NCBI GenBank assembly: GCA_005223125.1
Contig: NJBH01000002.1
Span: 1 to 64,000, forward strand
Length of the DNA stretch: 64,000 nt
Origin: Promethearchaeota archaeon Loki_b32
GTDB lineage: Archaea > Asgardarchaeota > Lokiarchaeia > Sigyniarchaeales > SOKP01
Direction: 5' to 3'
Shown here: positions 10,365 through 20,783 of the stretch, one piece after another
Layout of the letters: the number at the start of each line of letters is the position of its first letter
How positions within the stretch are numbered: position 1 is the first letter of the stretch
The notes under the pieces: generated by a model
Databases searched by the model: none
What the model was told of the DNA's origin: nothing
What the model saw: only the letters and a program-made list of their open reading frames with translations
Position numbers and translations under genes: made by a program

Positions 10365-11360
10365 ATGAGATTAATCAAAAAAGTTTATCAAGTCTACACC
10401 CTAAAGAAATTTATGGCATTTGATTTTGTGAAAAAGTTAGATTTTGAATCGGAATTCTTTGACCTTTTTAAACTTTCAGAAAGTGCATATGGAGCAATCT
10501 CTAAAGAAAATTCTGGTATGGGAGGAAATGCGGGATTTATTGATATTGGAGATTATTTGATAATTATTGATACTACTGGAAATGTAGAGGCTGCTAAAGA
10601 TCTTATAAAAGCGGCTACTCAATATACTCAAAAAGAGCCTAATTTTATTGTTATTACTCATTACCATATGGATCATCTTATGGGAACTTCTCTCTTCGAC
10701 GTCTCAACGCAGATAATGACATCTGATCGTACTCTTAAGAATATACAAACAGAAGGCAAAAAAAGAATTGAAGAGTTTAAAAAAATGGATCTAAAAGAGA
10801 TGGAAGAATCTCTTAAAACTGAAATAGATGAAGAAAAAAGAAAAGAAATTGAAAATGATCTTAAATTTCTAAAAGTTGTCCGTTCAGATGACTTTACTCT
10901 ACGAGAACCAAATCTTACTTTCAAAGAAGGATGTGTTATTCATGGAACAGATAAATCAGTCCAATTACGTACTTTCACTAAAGCTCATACAGATGGGGAT
11001 GTTATTGTATATATCCCCGAAGAAAAAATACTTTTCGCAGGAGATCTACTATTTGCACGAATAGATCCTTGGTTAGGTTCTGGAAATCCTGAAGGGTGGA
11101 TCTCGGTAAATGATGAATTAATGAGTTTTGATTTTAAAGTCACTGTTCCAGGGCACGGAAAATTGGCATCTAAAGAGGAATTTTCTTTAGAAAACAGATA
11201 TATTAAGGAAATACTTGAACTTGTAAATAAGAAGGTTGAAGCTGGAGAAGATCCAACCCAGATAAAAAGAGAAGACTTTTCTAAAGAGCTACAATCATGG
11301 AAAAGTACAGTATTAGAGTGGAATATTAATTTCCTTGCTGAATTTTTAAAGAAAACCTAA
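10365..11360 (+). CDS. MBL-fold metallo-hydrolase
   Basis: THYHMDH, HTDGD, GD and PGHG motifs; true start probably downstream. Confidence 0.9.
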   Translation: MRLIKKVYQVYTLKKFMAFDFVKKLDFESEFFDLFKLSESAYGAISKENSGMGGNAGFIDIGDYLIIIDTTGNVEAAKDLIKAATQYTQKEPNFIVITHYHMDHLMGTSLFDVSTQIMTSDRTLKNIQTEGKKRIEEFKKMDLKEMEESLKTEIDEEKRKEIENDLKFLKVVRSDDFTLREPNLTFKEGCVIHGTDKSVQLRTFTKAHTDGDVIVYIPEEKILFAGDLLFARIDPWLGSGNPEGWISVNDELMSFDFKVTVPGHGKLASKEEFSLENRYIKEILELVNKKVEAGEDPTQIKREDFSKELQSWKSTVLEWNINFLAEFLKKT

Positions 11361-11395
11361 AGTATCTCTTTTTTCTTTTTAATACTTTAATTTTT

Positions 11396-12442
11396 CTAAA
11401 GAAGCTTCTTTCCTTTTATGATTTTATAATATCGATCGCGTTCTTGTTTTACTAGATTTAATTCTGTTTTCACCTCTCCTAATTCTTGCTTAATTCTCTC
11501 CTTTTCGTTGTTAACACCTAAAACTTTATCTTTCAATTTTTTAATCTCGAGTTCTAAATTCGGCATTGATTCACTCTCCCTCTTTGCCTTTAATAATTGG
11601 AACTTTAGTTTTTTATTGGTTTCATTCAATTTATTGATTTCTTGAGTAAATATTTCACTCTCTAATTTAACTTTTTTAATTTCTATTAGTAGTTGTTCAG
11701 CACCTTTTTCAATTTCAACTGTATCACCTAATTTGGCTTTTAAGTTATTGATTCGTTCGTCTTTCTGATCTAATGCTAATTTTTGTACATTTGTTAATCT
11801 AGTTAACTCTCTATTTTTTGATGTCAATTTTGCATTGTATTCATTTAATTCTGCCATTTGGCTAGTCCAGTTTTCTAATTTTGAGTATAACTCGACGACT
11901 TCATTTTTTAAAGCCTCTACATTTCTAAGATGTTCTGATCTATCAGAAACCAACAAGGAAACTTTTTGAGCGAGATCGTCAATTTTTACTTTTTTCTCGC
12001 CTATATCATGTTCAAACTCTTGCCTTTCCTGCCAATAAGCATCAAGTTCGCCTTTTTCTAACAAATCGTAAGATTTTGCAAATAATTCTTTAAACTTTTT
12101 ATCCTTTCTTTTGGGTAATAGTTCAAAAGCAATTCTTCTCACCTGTCCCTCAAAATTTCTTGGTAAAATATCCTCATCAGAAAGAAATACCGTAATGACA
12201 TGGTCTCCTTTCCCAATAAAATGTTTAGATGAATGTCCTGTAAAAAAACTAGCTACACTAAGATCACGCTTTATTTGCATTTCTAAATAATTGGGACCTG
12301 TCTTCACCCTCTTATGTTCCTCAAAAACAGTCGAAAGCATTGAATCTGTTACTCCTAATTCTTCACAGATATCTTGCGGGTATTCAACATCTTTAGCCAA
12401 TTCTGATTTTTTATCTAGATTTAAAATCACAATTCCTTTCAA
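11396..12442 (-). CDS. Protein with N-terminal alpha/beta (longin/uDENN-like?) domain and long C-terminal coiled coil
   Basis: Heptad-rich E/K/L C-terminal ~200 aa. The fold of the N-terminal domain is inference only. Confidence 0.6.
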   Translation of the reverse strand: MKGIVILNLDKKSELAKDVEYPQDICEELGVTDSMLSTVFEEHKRVKTGPNYLEMQIKRDLSVASFFTGHSSKHFIGKGDHVITVFLSDEDILPRNFEGQVRRIAFELLPKRKDKKFKELFAKSYDLLEKGELDAYWQERQEFEHDIGEKKVKIDDLAQKVSLLVSDRSEHLRNVEALKNEVVELYSKLENWTSQMAELNEYNAKLTSKNRELTRLTNVQKLALDQKDERINNLKAKLGDTVEIEKGAEQLLIEIKKVKLESEIFTQEINKLNETNKKLKFQLLKAKRESESMPNLELEIKKLKDKVLGVNNEKERIKQELGEVKTELNLVKQERDRYYKIIKGKKLL

Positions 12443-12556
12443 GTTATATCCCTAAATAATAATTAATTATGTAGGTCCTAATGTACAATTATAATATTTA
12501 CTCTAATATTAATTAGTATAAAAAAATATATTAGATATACTTCGACCATTTATAAT

Positions 12557-14104
12557 TTAAGTATAGATATGGGAAAAAGTATCTACTGTTTTTGTAACAT
12601 CCGTAGCTAAATAATTCTGCTTAAACACCGAAGCAAAAAAAGCTCGATCTTCAGGATTGAAATAATTATAACCAAATTTTTTCCATTCCATATTAGATTG
12701 CAATGGGGCAAAAAGGGCTATTTGATCTTTCACTAGACTCATTAATAATATATTTCTTTCTTGTTTAGTATTAGTCGATATTGTAGTTAATAAAACATCC
12801 TCATTAAAAGTATCCCATGTATCTCTAAACTGTATACAAAATCTTTTGATATCAAATATGTTTTCTACAATTAACCTTGCTAGAGCCATTATAGAGGTTT
12901 CATAAGTACCTATGTTATTTTGATGAAATAAAGGGTTCGAAACGATAATACTAGGCACAGATTTTGATTCTTTCTGATTTTGAGTGGTATTATATTCTGG
13001 TAGAAGTTTTAACTGGTTTAATCCAAGTATATTTCTAACGTCAACAAGAGTTCCTCCCGTATCAAAGAATTGTTTATTAATAATGTATTTAATCAACTTT
13101 TGGGCATGGACATCCCCAAAATATGGGTAATCTGATGCAAAAAGGAGATATTCTGACCAAGTACGATTATCTATATTTTGTTTGTTACCAGATTTAAACC
13201 ATCTTCGAAAACTCTCAAAGAAATTTCCTGCACCTGCTCCATGGAGCATAGAAAGATCCCCGTATGTATTTGGTTGAACAATAGTATTATATACTTCATA
13301 ATCATCAATATTTCCTTGAGCAAAATGAGCTATTATAACTTTAAAATGAGGTAATAAATCAGGGTAATTGGACTGGATTACATTTCTTGCAGATCTAATT
13401 AATTTCCCAATTTCTAAGATAGAACCTCTCCCTCGAGTATCAAAAATAACGGGCAATGAATAGCTAGCAGCTTCTATAAGCACATTTATTACTTTTTCAG
13501 AAGTTATTTTGTCTATATACCCTTCGGATCGAGGATGTAATTTTAACCCCCGAAGTCCTAACTCTTCTCTAGCATATTTTACTTCATTTACTGCTTTTTG
13601 TCCTTCCATTGGATCCACTCGACCATATCCAATTAATTTCATAGAAAAGGGAAATCTCGTAGTAAAACGGGAAACATTTATATTGCTTGCTCTATATAAT
13701 GCTTCTGGATGTTTAGCTCTAAATACATCTTGAAATGGAAAGCAAACACCTTGATCTATAAATGAATAAAACTTAGATTTTTCTTTTAAATCAGAATGTC
13801 TTTTTCCTAGCTTTTCAAGCTCAACATAAAGCCTATCTGTAAAGGGAAATGGTGTAAATGACCATGAAATTTTTGTAAATTTGCCATCCATAGTAGTTGT
13901 AAACGATTGTTCTCCAGTTTTCTCCCAATCTGCTTTAATTCTTCCTTGTACATTACCCCAAAAATCAAAAGTTCCTGCTCCTGGAGCTAAAGGATTCATC
14001 ATTGCTGCTCCATCTACATCTTGACCCAGATGAGAATGTGCATCAATTACAAGTAAATGTTCTACTCGCTTTTTTCCATCTTGCTCTAAAGTACATGTTA
14101 ACAT
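12557..14104 (-). CDS. Amidohydrolase_2 family TIM-barrel metallohydrolase with C-terminal extension
   Basis: IDAHSH, GLKLHP, IIAH, YGDLS, FASDYP. Confidence 0.85.
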   Translation of the reverse strand: MLTCTLEQDGKKRVEHLLVIDAHSHLGQDVDGAAMMNPLAPGAGTFDFWGNVQGRIKADWEKTGEQSFTTTMDGKFTKISWSFTPFPFTDRLYVELEKLGKRHSDLKEKSKFYSFIDQGVCFPFQDVFRAKHPEALYRASNINVSRFTTRFPFSMKLIGYGRVDPMEGQKAVNEVKYAREELGLRGLKLHPRSEGYIDKITSEKVINVLIEAASYSLPVIFDTRGRGSILEIGKLIRSARNVIQSNYPDLLPHFKVIIAHFAQGNIDDYEVYNTIVQPNTYGDLSMLHGAGAGNFFESFRRWFKSGNKQNIDNRTWSEYLLFASDYPYFGDVHAQKLIKYIINKQFFDTGGTLVDVRNILGLNQLKLLPEYNTTQNQKESKSVPSIIVSNPLFHQNNIGTYETSIMALARLIVENIFDIKRFCIQFRDTWDTFNEDVLLTTISTNTKQERNILLMSLVKDQIALFAPLQSNMEWKKFGYNYFNPEDRAFFASVFKQNYLATDVTKTVDTFSHIYT

Positions 14105-14225
14105 TTTCTTATTTCAATTCTTTTAAATTTTTTTATATATTTTATTTCCTCATTCATTTTAGCATTTGGCTAATTTATATATATTCAATTTTAAAAGATT
14201 ATTCAGATGATTTAGTTAAAATCCT

Positions 14226-14714
14226 TTACCATTCAATTTCTTCTCCAAAACTTTTTATTGGCCAGATCCAATAATGTTTTTCCTTTTTCACGCCTTTATT
14301 TTTTAATTCTCTGAACAAATTATCCTTCTGTTTTTTAATCAATCCTAATGGGTCATACAAGATTCTCCCCTCATCCAAAGCATATAAGATTATATCGGTT
14401 TTGATTTTGACTAAATTTATAAATTCTCCTTCTGTCATCCAGAGTGAATCTACTCTTGAAGGTGCTAATTCCATTAATTTAAGTTTCACTTCACTTCTTT
14501 TTTTATGATGTACAGGGAGTTCATTGTCTCTAAAAATTATAATTAAATCAATATCGCTTTTCTTTTCTTCCGAATAAGTTGCATCTCCTCTTGCTATTGA
14601 ACCAAATAATATTACTCCTACTACTTCTTTGTTTACTTTAAATAAGTGATGTAAGTATTTTTCTATTTTTTTGAAAAAATACTCGTTTTTTATAAAGTTC
14701 AAATCTATATCCAT
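14226..14714 (-). CDS. Minimal nucleotidyltransferase (MNT antitoxin)
   Basis: LFGSIARG...SDIDL; overlaps the HEPN gene. Confidence 0.9.
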   Translation of the reverse strand: MDIDLNFIKNEYFFKKIEKYLHHLFKVNKEVVGVILFGSIARGDATYSEEKKSDIDLIIIFRDNELPVHHKKRSEVKLKLMELAPSRVDSLWMTEGEFINLVKIKTDIILYALDEGRILYDPLGLIKKQKDNLFRELKNKGVKKEKHYWIWPIKSFGEEIEW

Positions 14715-15226
14715 TGCTTTAACTCTCCTGATAATAATTCTAATTGTTTAAACCCTTTAAATTCTTTTTCTGTTATATTCAAGCTCTCCCTAAGAAGTTT
14801 TAAATAACAATTAACAATTTTTTGAAGATTTATGATGAAATTTGTAATATCTTTAAAAGATTGATATATTTCTTCAGCGAAAATTAATTTATCATCCTTA
14901 ATTGTCCCATATCTAGTTTGAACTCTTTCATTTTCAAAAAATTTTGAATATTTTGAAATTTTCTCAAGTAACTTTTTTGTTTCTAGATCAATAATCAAAG
15001 AAGACTTGCTAGTAAGTACTTCTTCTAATATATCCGTTGGAGTATGAGTTTTTTCTACTTTCAAACCCATAAAACTTAATATTGCTTTATTTAATTTTTC
15101 TACAGCAAATTGACTTCTAAAAGCTACGAGAGAATAATATTCATTTTGAAGGCTATTTATAACTATTTTTATATCACTAATTGCTGAGATGATCCAACTT
15201 TTTCCTTGAGTAAAATTAGTATTCAT
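14705..15226 (-). CDS. HEPN domain protein
   Basis: AFRSQFAVEKLNKA, KTH, TRY motifs; paired with MNT. Confidence 0.85.
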   Translation of the reverse strand: MNTNFTQGKSWIISAISDIKIVINSLQNEYYSLVAFRSQFAVEKLNKAILSFMGLKVEKTHTPTDILEEVLTSKSSLIIDLETKKLLEKISKYSKFFENERVQTRYGTIKDDKLIFAEEIYQSFKDITNFIINLQKIVNCYLKLLRESLNITEKEFKGFKQLELLSGELKQWI

Positions 15227-15414
15227 ATTTCAAGATTTATAATTTCGATTACTCTAAGAGTTGAAAATAGTTCTTATCTTAAATTTTTATATGTTATAAA
15301 TAAATCAAAAACTTAAATAACAAGATTTTAAAATCATTATTAAAAAAAAATTGGATTTAGTACTCTATAAGGCGGGGAAATATTAATAGTTAAAAAAACT
15401 GACAAAAATGGTAA

Positions 15415-15864
15415 TTATGAAACGATATATATTTTAGTATTAAATTCTTCATTTACTTTTTTAACAATCTCTTCAGATAATTCTCTTTCTTTTAGGAAAA
15501 AAATCGGGCAATCTTGAAAATGTCCTAAAGAGATAGAAAAGCAATCAGAAAACGCTATGGGATATTTGCTTTTAATTTGTCCTGCTTTTTCGAACAACCA
15601 CGATTCGCTAATTATATTTGTTACATTCTCTATTTTTTTTATAATGTCTTTAGCTTCATTACTGCCTTTTTTCCGACAGACAATATAATAGACCTCCGTT
15701 TTTAATAGATTATGTCCATATAAAGTGATTGATGAGTTCTCATTAAATATATATTCATCTAAAAGAGTGATAATCGATAATTGTTCTTCCATGAAATATC
15801 CAATTAATACACTTGTATCTAATATCAAATTACTCGTTTCGCCTAATACTTTTTCAATTGACAC
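15415..15864 (-). CDS. PIN-domain (VapC-like) toxin
   Basis: ILDTSVLI, E..Y, FSDCF. Confidence 0.85.
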   Translation of the reverse strand: MSIEKVLGETSNLILDTSVLIGYFMEEQLSIITLLDEYIFNENSSITLYGHNLLKTEVYYIVCRKKGSNEAKDIIKKIENVTNIISESWLFEKAGQIKSKYPIAFSDCFSISLGHFQDCPIFFLKERELSEEIVKKVNEEFNTKIYIVS

Positions 15865-16151
15865 TATGTATCATCTTTTTTTTTGATAAGAGGAGCTCTT
15901 TCTTCTTCCATGATTAATTCTTTCCGCTTTTCTTCTAAGTACATACTCATTGCTGATTTGGGTAGAATCCCCTTCAACTTTCTGAATTCAACTAAATTCT
16001 TTTTTCTAATAATATTGGTTGATTGATGATTAATTAAATATTCGATGATTTCATTGTATGTTACAGCACTTCCTTTTTCGTCTTCTAACTTTAGCTTAAT
16101 TTTAAAGAGCTTTTTTTTTGTCTCATCATCAATTTGGATTGTAGTAGTCAT
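15864..16151 (-). CDS. Antitoxin (VapB-like)
   Basis: MTTTIQIDDETKKKL...TYNEII; 1-nt overlap with the PIN gene. Confidence 0.75.
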   Translation of the reverse strand: MTTTIQIDDETKKKLFKIKLKLEDEKGSAVTYNEIIEYLINHQSTNIIRKKNLVEFRKLKGILPKSAMSMYLEEKRKELIMEEERAPLIKKKDDT

Positions 16152-16262
16152 TTTTATATTCGATTTATTCTATAAGTCTATATATAAAATAGTTTTATAG
16201 AATATTTATTTATTTGTTTTTATAAACAAAATCCTAGTAAGAAAAAAATAAATTACAACGAT

Positions 16263-17939
16263 TTATTCTCTCATTTCTTTTGGAAGAGTTAAAACTCCAG
16301 TTAGTGGATTATTCAATGGATCCTGACAATACTGGATTGTGAAATATATTAGGTCGTACAGAATGCTTGGATCTTCTCCGTTATCCAGTTTATATTTATA
16401 GAGACTTAATTGGTACTCTGCTTCAGTTATCGGAGGTTCTGCATAACTCACGGTACCAAATACAGACTGAAGTACAGGTTTTAAGAATGGACTGTAGAGA
16501 AATCCAAGTTCCTTAAGCTCATCTTTAATATAAAAGAACATCCGCTGGACGGCTTGCATCATATAACGTACTGGTTGACCTTCTGGGCCTAAATATTGCT
16601 CAGCGAAATCTGGGTCATATTGGGCAAGCCTTTCCCTTTCAATATTAACAGGTTTAAATAGTGAGATAAGTCCTCTCTCGATAGCCCCCTCACGGTTAAA
16701 TGTAATTGTCTCGGAGCCTGCATCAGGTACCCACACGCCCTTTTGGAGAAGTTTTCGCGCCTTGTAAAGTAGAGCTTGTAGGACTAGACCTAAGCCAATT
16801 CGTCTGCAGATCGAGATCTGAGCGTCACAGATTCGGCATTCGATGGTGTTCCAATCTGTCATAGGAAACAAGTCTTCAAACCTCCCATCTTCGAGGCTTG
16901 CCTTTTGCACGACTTGGAGGAAGTAATTCTGCGAATTTTCGTCTGTGTCCGTTAAGTATGGGATATAATGTCTCGGATCATTATTGCTTAACATAGTAGT
17001 GTTGCTTTTTAGGCGGAGAGAGCGGACGCAATTAGGAGCAGCTATCCGTCTGTTGATGACCTTGACTTCATCCGTAGGTTTATTGTTTATTATCGGAGAA
17101 TTGCAGGATAATGCAACTAAGTGCGGAATAAAGTTCCGTATCATGCTGTATCCTTGAGCTTTTTCCACTTCTGACTCAAATGTTCCAAAATGATGGTGGT
17201 CACTCTGGGATAGCCCGCGCATGTATTCCTTCGTCGCTGGATTGATAGCGGAAGCTATAATATGCAGATCCTTTGGTAACGTAGCTTTTGCTAGTTGGAA
17301 TAATGTTGCGCACCAATATGCTAGCTCCTCCACAAAAATGCATGGAGGACTAACAAGTTCCAATATATAAGTAATTGCCGTTACATTTCCATCTCTAGCA
17401 AACGTATCAATATCTACAGAAGAATCCCCTAAAGCGTAGCGAATATCCATTGCATACCCTTTTTCAATGTCATCTCGCCCCCAGGGTCTAGCTAAGACTT
17501 TTTGACTGATATATTCTGGAACTGGAAGAAAATCGGCTCTACCTTCGTATAACATCTCATCCATAATTTTAATGGCATCTTTAACGATTTCTTTCATTCG
17601 ATAAACCATTTCTTCTCCGGGAGGATAGTTCCCATTGTCATCAGCAATAATTAACTCCATTTCAATGCCATGAGTAAATGGTAAAGGTGTCCAATGTTCA
17701 GTATCAGATAACATTTCTGCCCATGATCTTTCAGGGATAAGAACTTCCCTATAATCAGAACCAAGGAATAATTTATCGGTAGATCTATCAATACTTTCTC
17801 CAAATGTAACAGCTGTAGGTACACCCGCTTTGCCTTTTTTAGCATATAACTGTGAAAAGGTATCACCTCGGTGATCACCCTTTTTCTTTTTCTTCTCTTT
17901 CTTTTTCTTGTCTTTCTTTTTCTTTTTGTCTTTTGCCAT
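16263..17939 (-). CDS. Glutamate-cysteine ligase family 2 (GCS2/YbdK-like) carboxylate-amine ligase with poly-Lys N-terminus
   Basis: THGIEMEL, ILELVSP, DHHHFG, TIECRICD correspond to the YbdK-type GxExE, E, HxHxG and TxExRxxD motifs. Confidence 0.8.
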   Translation of the reverse strand: MAKDKKKKKDKKKKEKKKKKGDHRGDTFSQLYAKKGKAGVPTAVTFGESIDRSTDKLFLGSDYREVLIPERSWAEMLSDTEHWTPLPFTHGIEMELIIADDNGNYPPGEEMVYRMKEIVKDAIKIMDEMLYEGRADFLPVPEYISQKVLARPWGRDDIEKGYAMDIRYALGDSSVDIDTFARDGNVTAITYILELVSPPCIFVEELAYWCATLFQLAKATLPKDLHIIASAINPATKEYMRGLSQSDHHHFGTFESEVEKAQGYSMIRNFIPHLVALSCNSPIINNKPTDEVKVINRRIAAPNCVRSLRLKSNTTMLSNNDPRHYIPYLTDTDENSQNYFLQVVQKASLEDGRFEDLFPMTDWNTIECRICDAQISICRRIGLGLVLQALLYKARKLLQKGVWVPDAGSETITFNREGAIERGLISLFKPVNIERERLAQYDPDFAEQYLGPEGQPVRYMMQAVQRMFFYIKDELKELGFLYSPFLKPVLQSVFGTVSYAEPPITEAEYQLSLYKYKLDNGEDPSILYDLIYFTIQYCQDPLNNPLTGVLTLPKEMRE

Positions 17940-18053
17940 TGAAGCTTTCCCTTTTGATTGTTATACAGTATTTAATAATTCATAAATAGTTTTTTACGCT
18001 TGCAATATATATAATAAATTCTAATTTTATAATTTTAGGTTCTTAACTTCTTT

Positions 18054-19892
18054 TTATAGTAAAGATTGAATGAAAGTCTTAAAAATATTATAGTCATTAA
18101 TGAATTCGTAAGATAATACCAAATTAATAATCCTACATTTATTAGAAGGAAAAATTTCCTTTAGATAATCAGAGATTTTACCACCTTTGAAAAAGGAGTC
18201 ATCCACGATCAAGTTAATAGAATCTCCGACTTTTTTAACTTTAGAGAGAAAAGTGGACTCTAATCCCGCATCATCTGATACAATAACAGTAGGTTTACCT
18301 AAGTAAGGAATAAAGTCTAAATTAAATATTAATACTTGACCTGGAGCATTGTTAATATTTTTAAAAAATTGCTTTAATGAAGTATTGATAATTCTTAACT
18401 CTCTCTCATCATAGTTAGTTTTTGAAGGGAAAACATAATAGGCTATTGATTTTTTTTGCGAATATTTTATATCATTATATACCCGATCCAATATTGGAAA
18501 GATGCTAAAATCGAAACCGAATAAAGATAAAAACGCAACAGTAAAATTGAAATCGTTTATAAGGATATTATTACTAACATTACCCCCAGTTAAAGAAAAA
18601 TTTTTAATCTCAGTATTGATCATGGATTTATAGGTATTTAATAGAAAGTATTGAGAAAATACTGATTCTGATTCTATTTTTATTTTAATCTCATCAACCA
18701 TTATATAGATTGTACTAAATAAATCTTTAGAAATCTTCTCTTTAAGATTCTGAATAGTTAAATTTTGAATGATAGAATCTGCTTTAGTGGGGTTTTCAAT
18801 TTCAGCAATTAATGAAATTGCATTTTTAAACATTTTATAAATCCGTTTTTCATAACGGATTTCGAGCAATTTTAAGATTTTTTCGATTATTAGGTTAAGT
18901 ACAACAACTAATTCGGCTCTCACATCTTGTTCTTTTAACTTTTTAGCTATATTAAATAAAATTTTAATCTTTAAGTCATTATCTTCAATTAGACCTATCA
19001 GTTTTAAAGCTAATAAAGGATTTGAATCATTTATTTTGCTAAAAATATTGATTAAAAGCTTCTCTTTACTGGAAATGTCTTTAATTGAAACTCCAATCTT
19101 TATCGACTGTTCTGGATTAATGGTTATTTGATCTGTAGCCAAGGATTTTAATAATCTTTGTTGATTGGTTGAATCATTTATATTATTAACTATTTGCAAT
19201 GCTGAATCAAGATTTTTTGAACCATATGCCCTTATTAGATTTAAGTATAAACTAATTTGCTCATTCTTATTCGATAGCATCAATGCTAACTCAAGAGCAC
19301 GCAATGGATTATTAGTTGAAAGATATCCTTTAGCAAGATTTTTTATATACTTATCAATCCCTTCTTGGAGCTCTAAATTTGGTGAGCGTGTTGATAGTAT
19401 CGAATTATAATCTTTTCTCAAATTTTCCAAGTGTTGTTCCGCCTTTTTAATTACATCTTTAGACATATCTATAATATATTCACTTGGATTGAAAGGTTCA
19501 ACAGATTTTGGACCGCTCAAGGAATATTTTTCTAAAATTTTTTTGAATTTACTCTCTTGGACAACATCTCTAATTTTTTGTACTTTAACAGTATATTCTA
19601 TAATCTTAAGCCAATCGACATTAATTATTAATTTACCAAAACCATCAGCTGTAGGTACTAATTTTAAATTAGTAGTTTTGGTTTCCCCTGAACTAAATGC
19701 AATTTGATTTTTATACTCTTCAGACTCCAAAATAACCTCTAAATTCTCTCCCTCAAAACTAAATTTAAAATTCTCATTATTACTCGAATTGTTTATTGCT
19801 TGAATTGAAATAATATTATCAATTCCTGGAATCAACAGATTTTGCGGGAATCTTGTTATGTTTAAAGAGATGATTTTATCCGTGTTTGACAT
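18054..19892 (-). CDS. Hypothetical protein: Ig-like N-domain, helical repeats, alpha/beta C-domain
   Basis: 612-aa ORF; beta-strand pattern at the N-terminus, amphipathic helical repeats in the middle. Confidence 0.65.
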   Translation of the reverse strand: MSNTDKIISLNITRFPQNLLIPGIDNIISIQAINNSSNNENFKFSFEGENLEVILESEEYKNQIAFSSGETKTTNLKLVPTADGFGKLIINVDWLKIIEYTVKVQKIRDVVQESKFKKILEKYSLSGPKSVEPFNPSEYIIDMSKDVIKKAEQHLENLRKDYNSILSTRSPNLELQEGIDKYIKNLAKGYLSTNNPLRALELALMLSNKNEQISLYLNLIRAYGSKNLDSALQIVNNINDSTNQQRLLKSLATDQITINPEQSIKIGVSIKDISSKEKLLINIFSKINDSNPLLALKLIGLIEDNDLKIKILFNIAKKLKEQDVRAELVVVLNLIIEKILKLLEIRYEKRIYKMFKNAISLIAEIENPTKADSIIQNLTIQNLKEKISKDLFSTIYIMVDEIKIKIESESVFSQYFLLNTYKSMINTEIKNFSLTGGNVSNNILINDFNFTVAFLSLFGFDFSIFPILDRVYNDIKYSQKKSIAYYVFPSKTNYDERELRIINTSLKQFFKNINNAPGQVLIFNLDFIPYLGKPTVIVSDDAGLESTFLSKVKKVGDSINLIVDDSFFKGGKISDYLKEIFPSNKCRIINLVLSYEFINDYNIFKTFIQSLL

Positions 19893-20015
19893 ATTTTAAA
19901 TGATTTTTTTGTTCACTTAATTAATACTAATTCAAAATATCTCTTTATTTTTTAGGTTTAACAATTATTAATGACTTATATATCAAGCAATTAAAGTATA
20001 AAATATTAAAAAGAT

Positions 20016-20783
20016 TTATCGTCCCATTCGTCTATTTCTTTTAATATAGTCTTCTAAATCCTCAATTACCATTTTTTTATTATAATCAGGCCATAAATCA
20101 CTTCGAAATTTAAATTCAGCGTAAGAAGAATCCCATAACAAAAACCCTGAGATTCTTGCTCCATCATCCATGCCGGTCCTAATAATATAATCTAATGGAG
20201 GAAAGTTTTTGGTATATAGGTGTGTTTTAATTAAATCCGCATTTACTTCTTCTGGATCTATTCCACTTTTAATTATTTCCTTCACAGCATCTACAATTTC
20301 CTCATGACCATCATACATTATGCAGAGATTAATGAAATTTTGATTGTGATCCTTAGTAAATTCAATTAATTCTTCAATTTTTTTCCTCGCTATATCTGGT
20401 AGCATTGAAATTCTACCAATTACGTTGAATCTAACGTTTTCCTCTTTTACAATCGATTCATTTATAACTGTATCGACAGCTTTAACCATTATCCCATAAA
20501 TATGCTCTAGCTCTTTAATATTACGCTTCCTCACATTTTCAAGGGATAATATGTAAAGACTCAGATATTGAATACCCGCATCAAAAAAATCAAAAAGTCT
20601 TTTTTTAAGGTTTTCATATCCTATTAAATGCCCAAAATTGGTATCAAGATTTCTATTTTTAGCCCATCTACGATTACCGTCGATAATTAACCCGACGTGT
20701 TTAGGTAACTTATCTTTTCCTTTTAGTTTTAATTCTTCTAAAGTCGTTTCCATCAATCCGGAAAAAAAGTTGTTTATTTTCAA
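20016..20783 (-). CDS. uppS: cis-prenyltransferase (polyprenyl diphosphate synthase)
   Basis: HVGLIIDGNRRWA, SLEN, RISGFLLW, C-terminal RRMG; likely start at ATG 20753. Confidence 0.95.
   Translation of the reverse strand: MKINNFFSGLMETTLEELKLKGKDKLPKHVGLIIDGNRRWAKNRNLDTNFGHLIGYENLKKRLFDFFDAGIQYLSLYILSLENVRKRNIKELEHIYGIMVKAVDTVINESIVKEENVRFNVIGRISMLPDIARKKIEELIEFTKDHNQNFINLCIMYDGHEEIVDAVKEIIKSGIDPEEVNADLIKTHLYTKNFPPLDYIIRTGMDDGARISGFLLWDSSYAEFKFRSDLWPDYNKKMVIEDLEDYIKRNRRMGR

Noticed and set aside
16263-17939. Calling the ligase gshA (glutathione synthesis)
   Set aside because: Family motifs do not establish the substrate, and no gshB is nearby.
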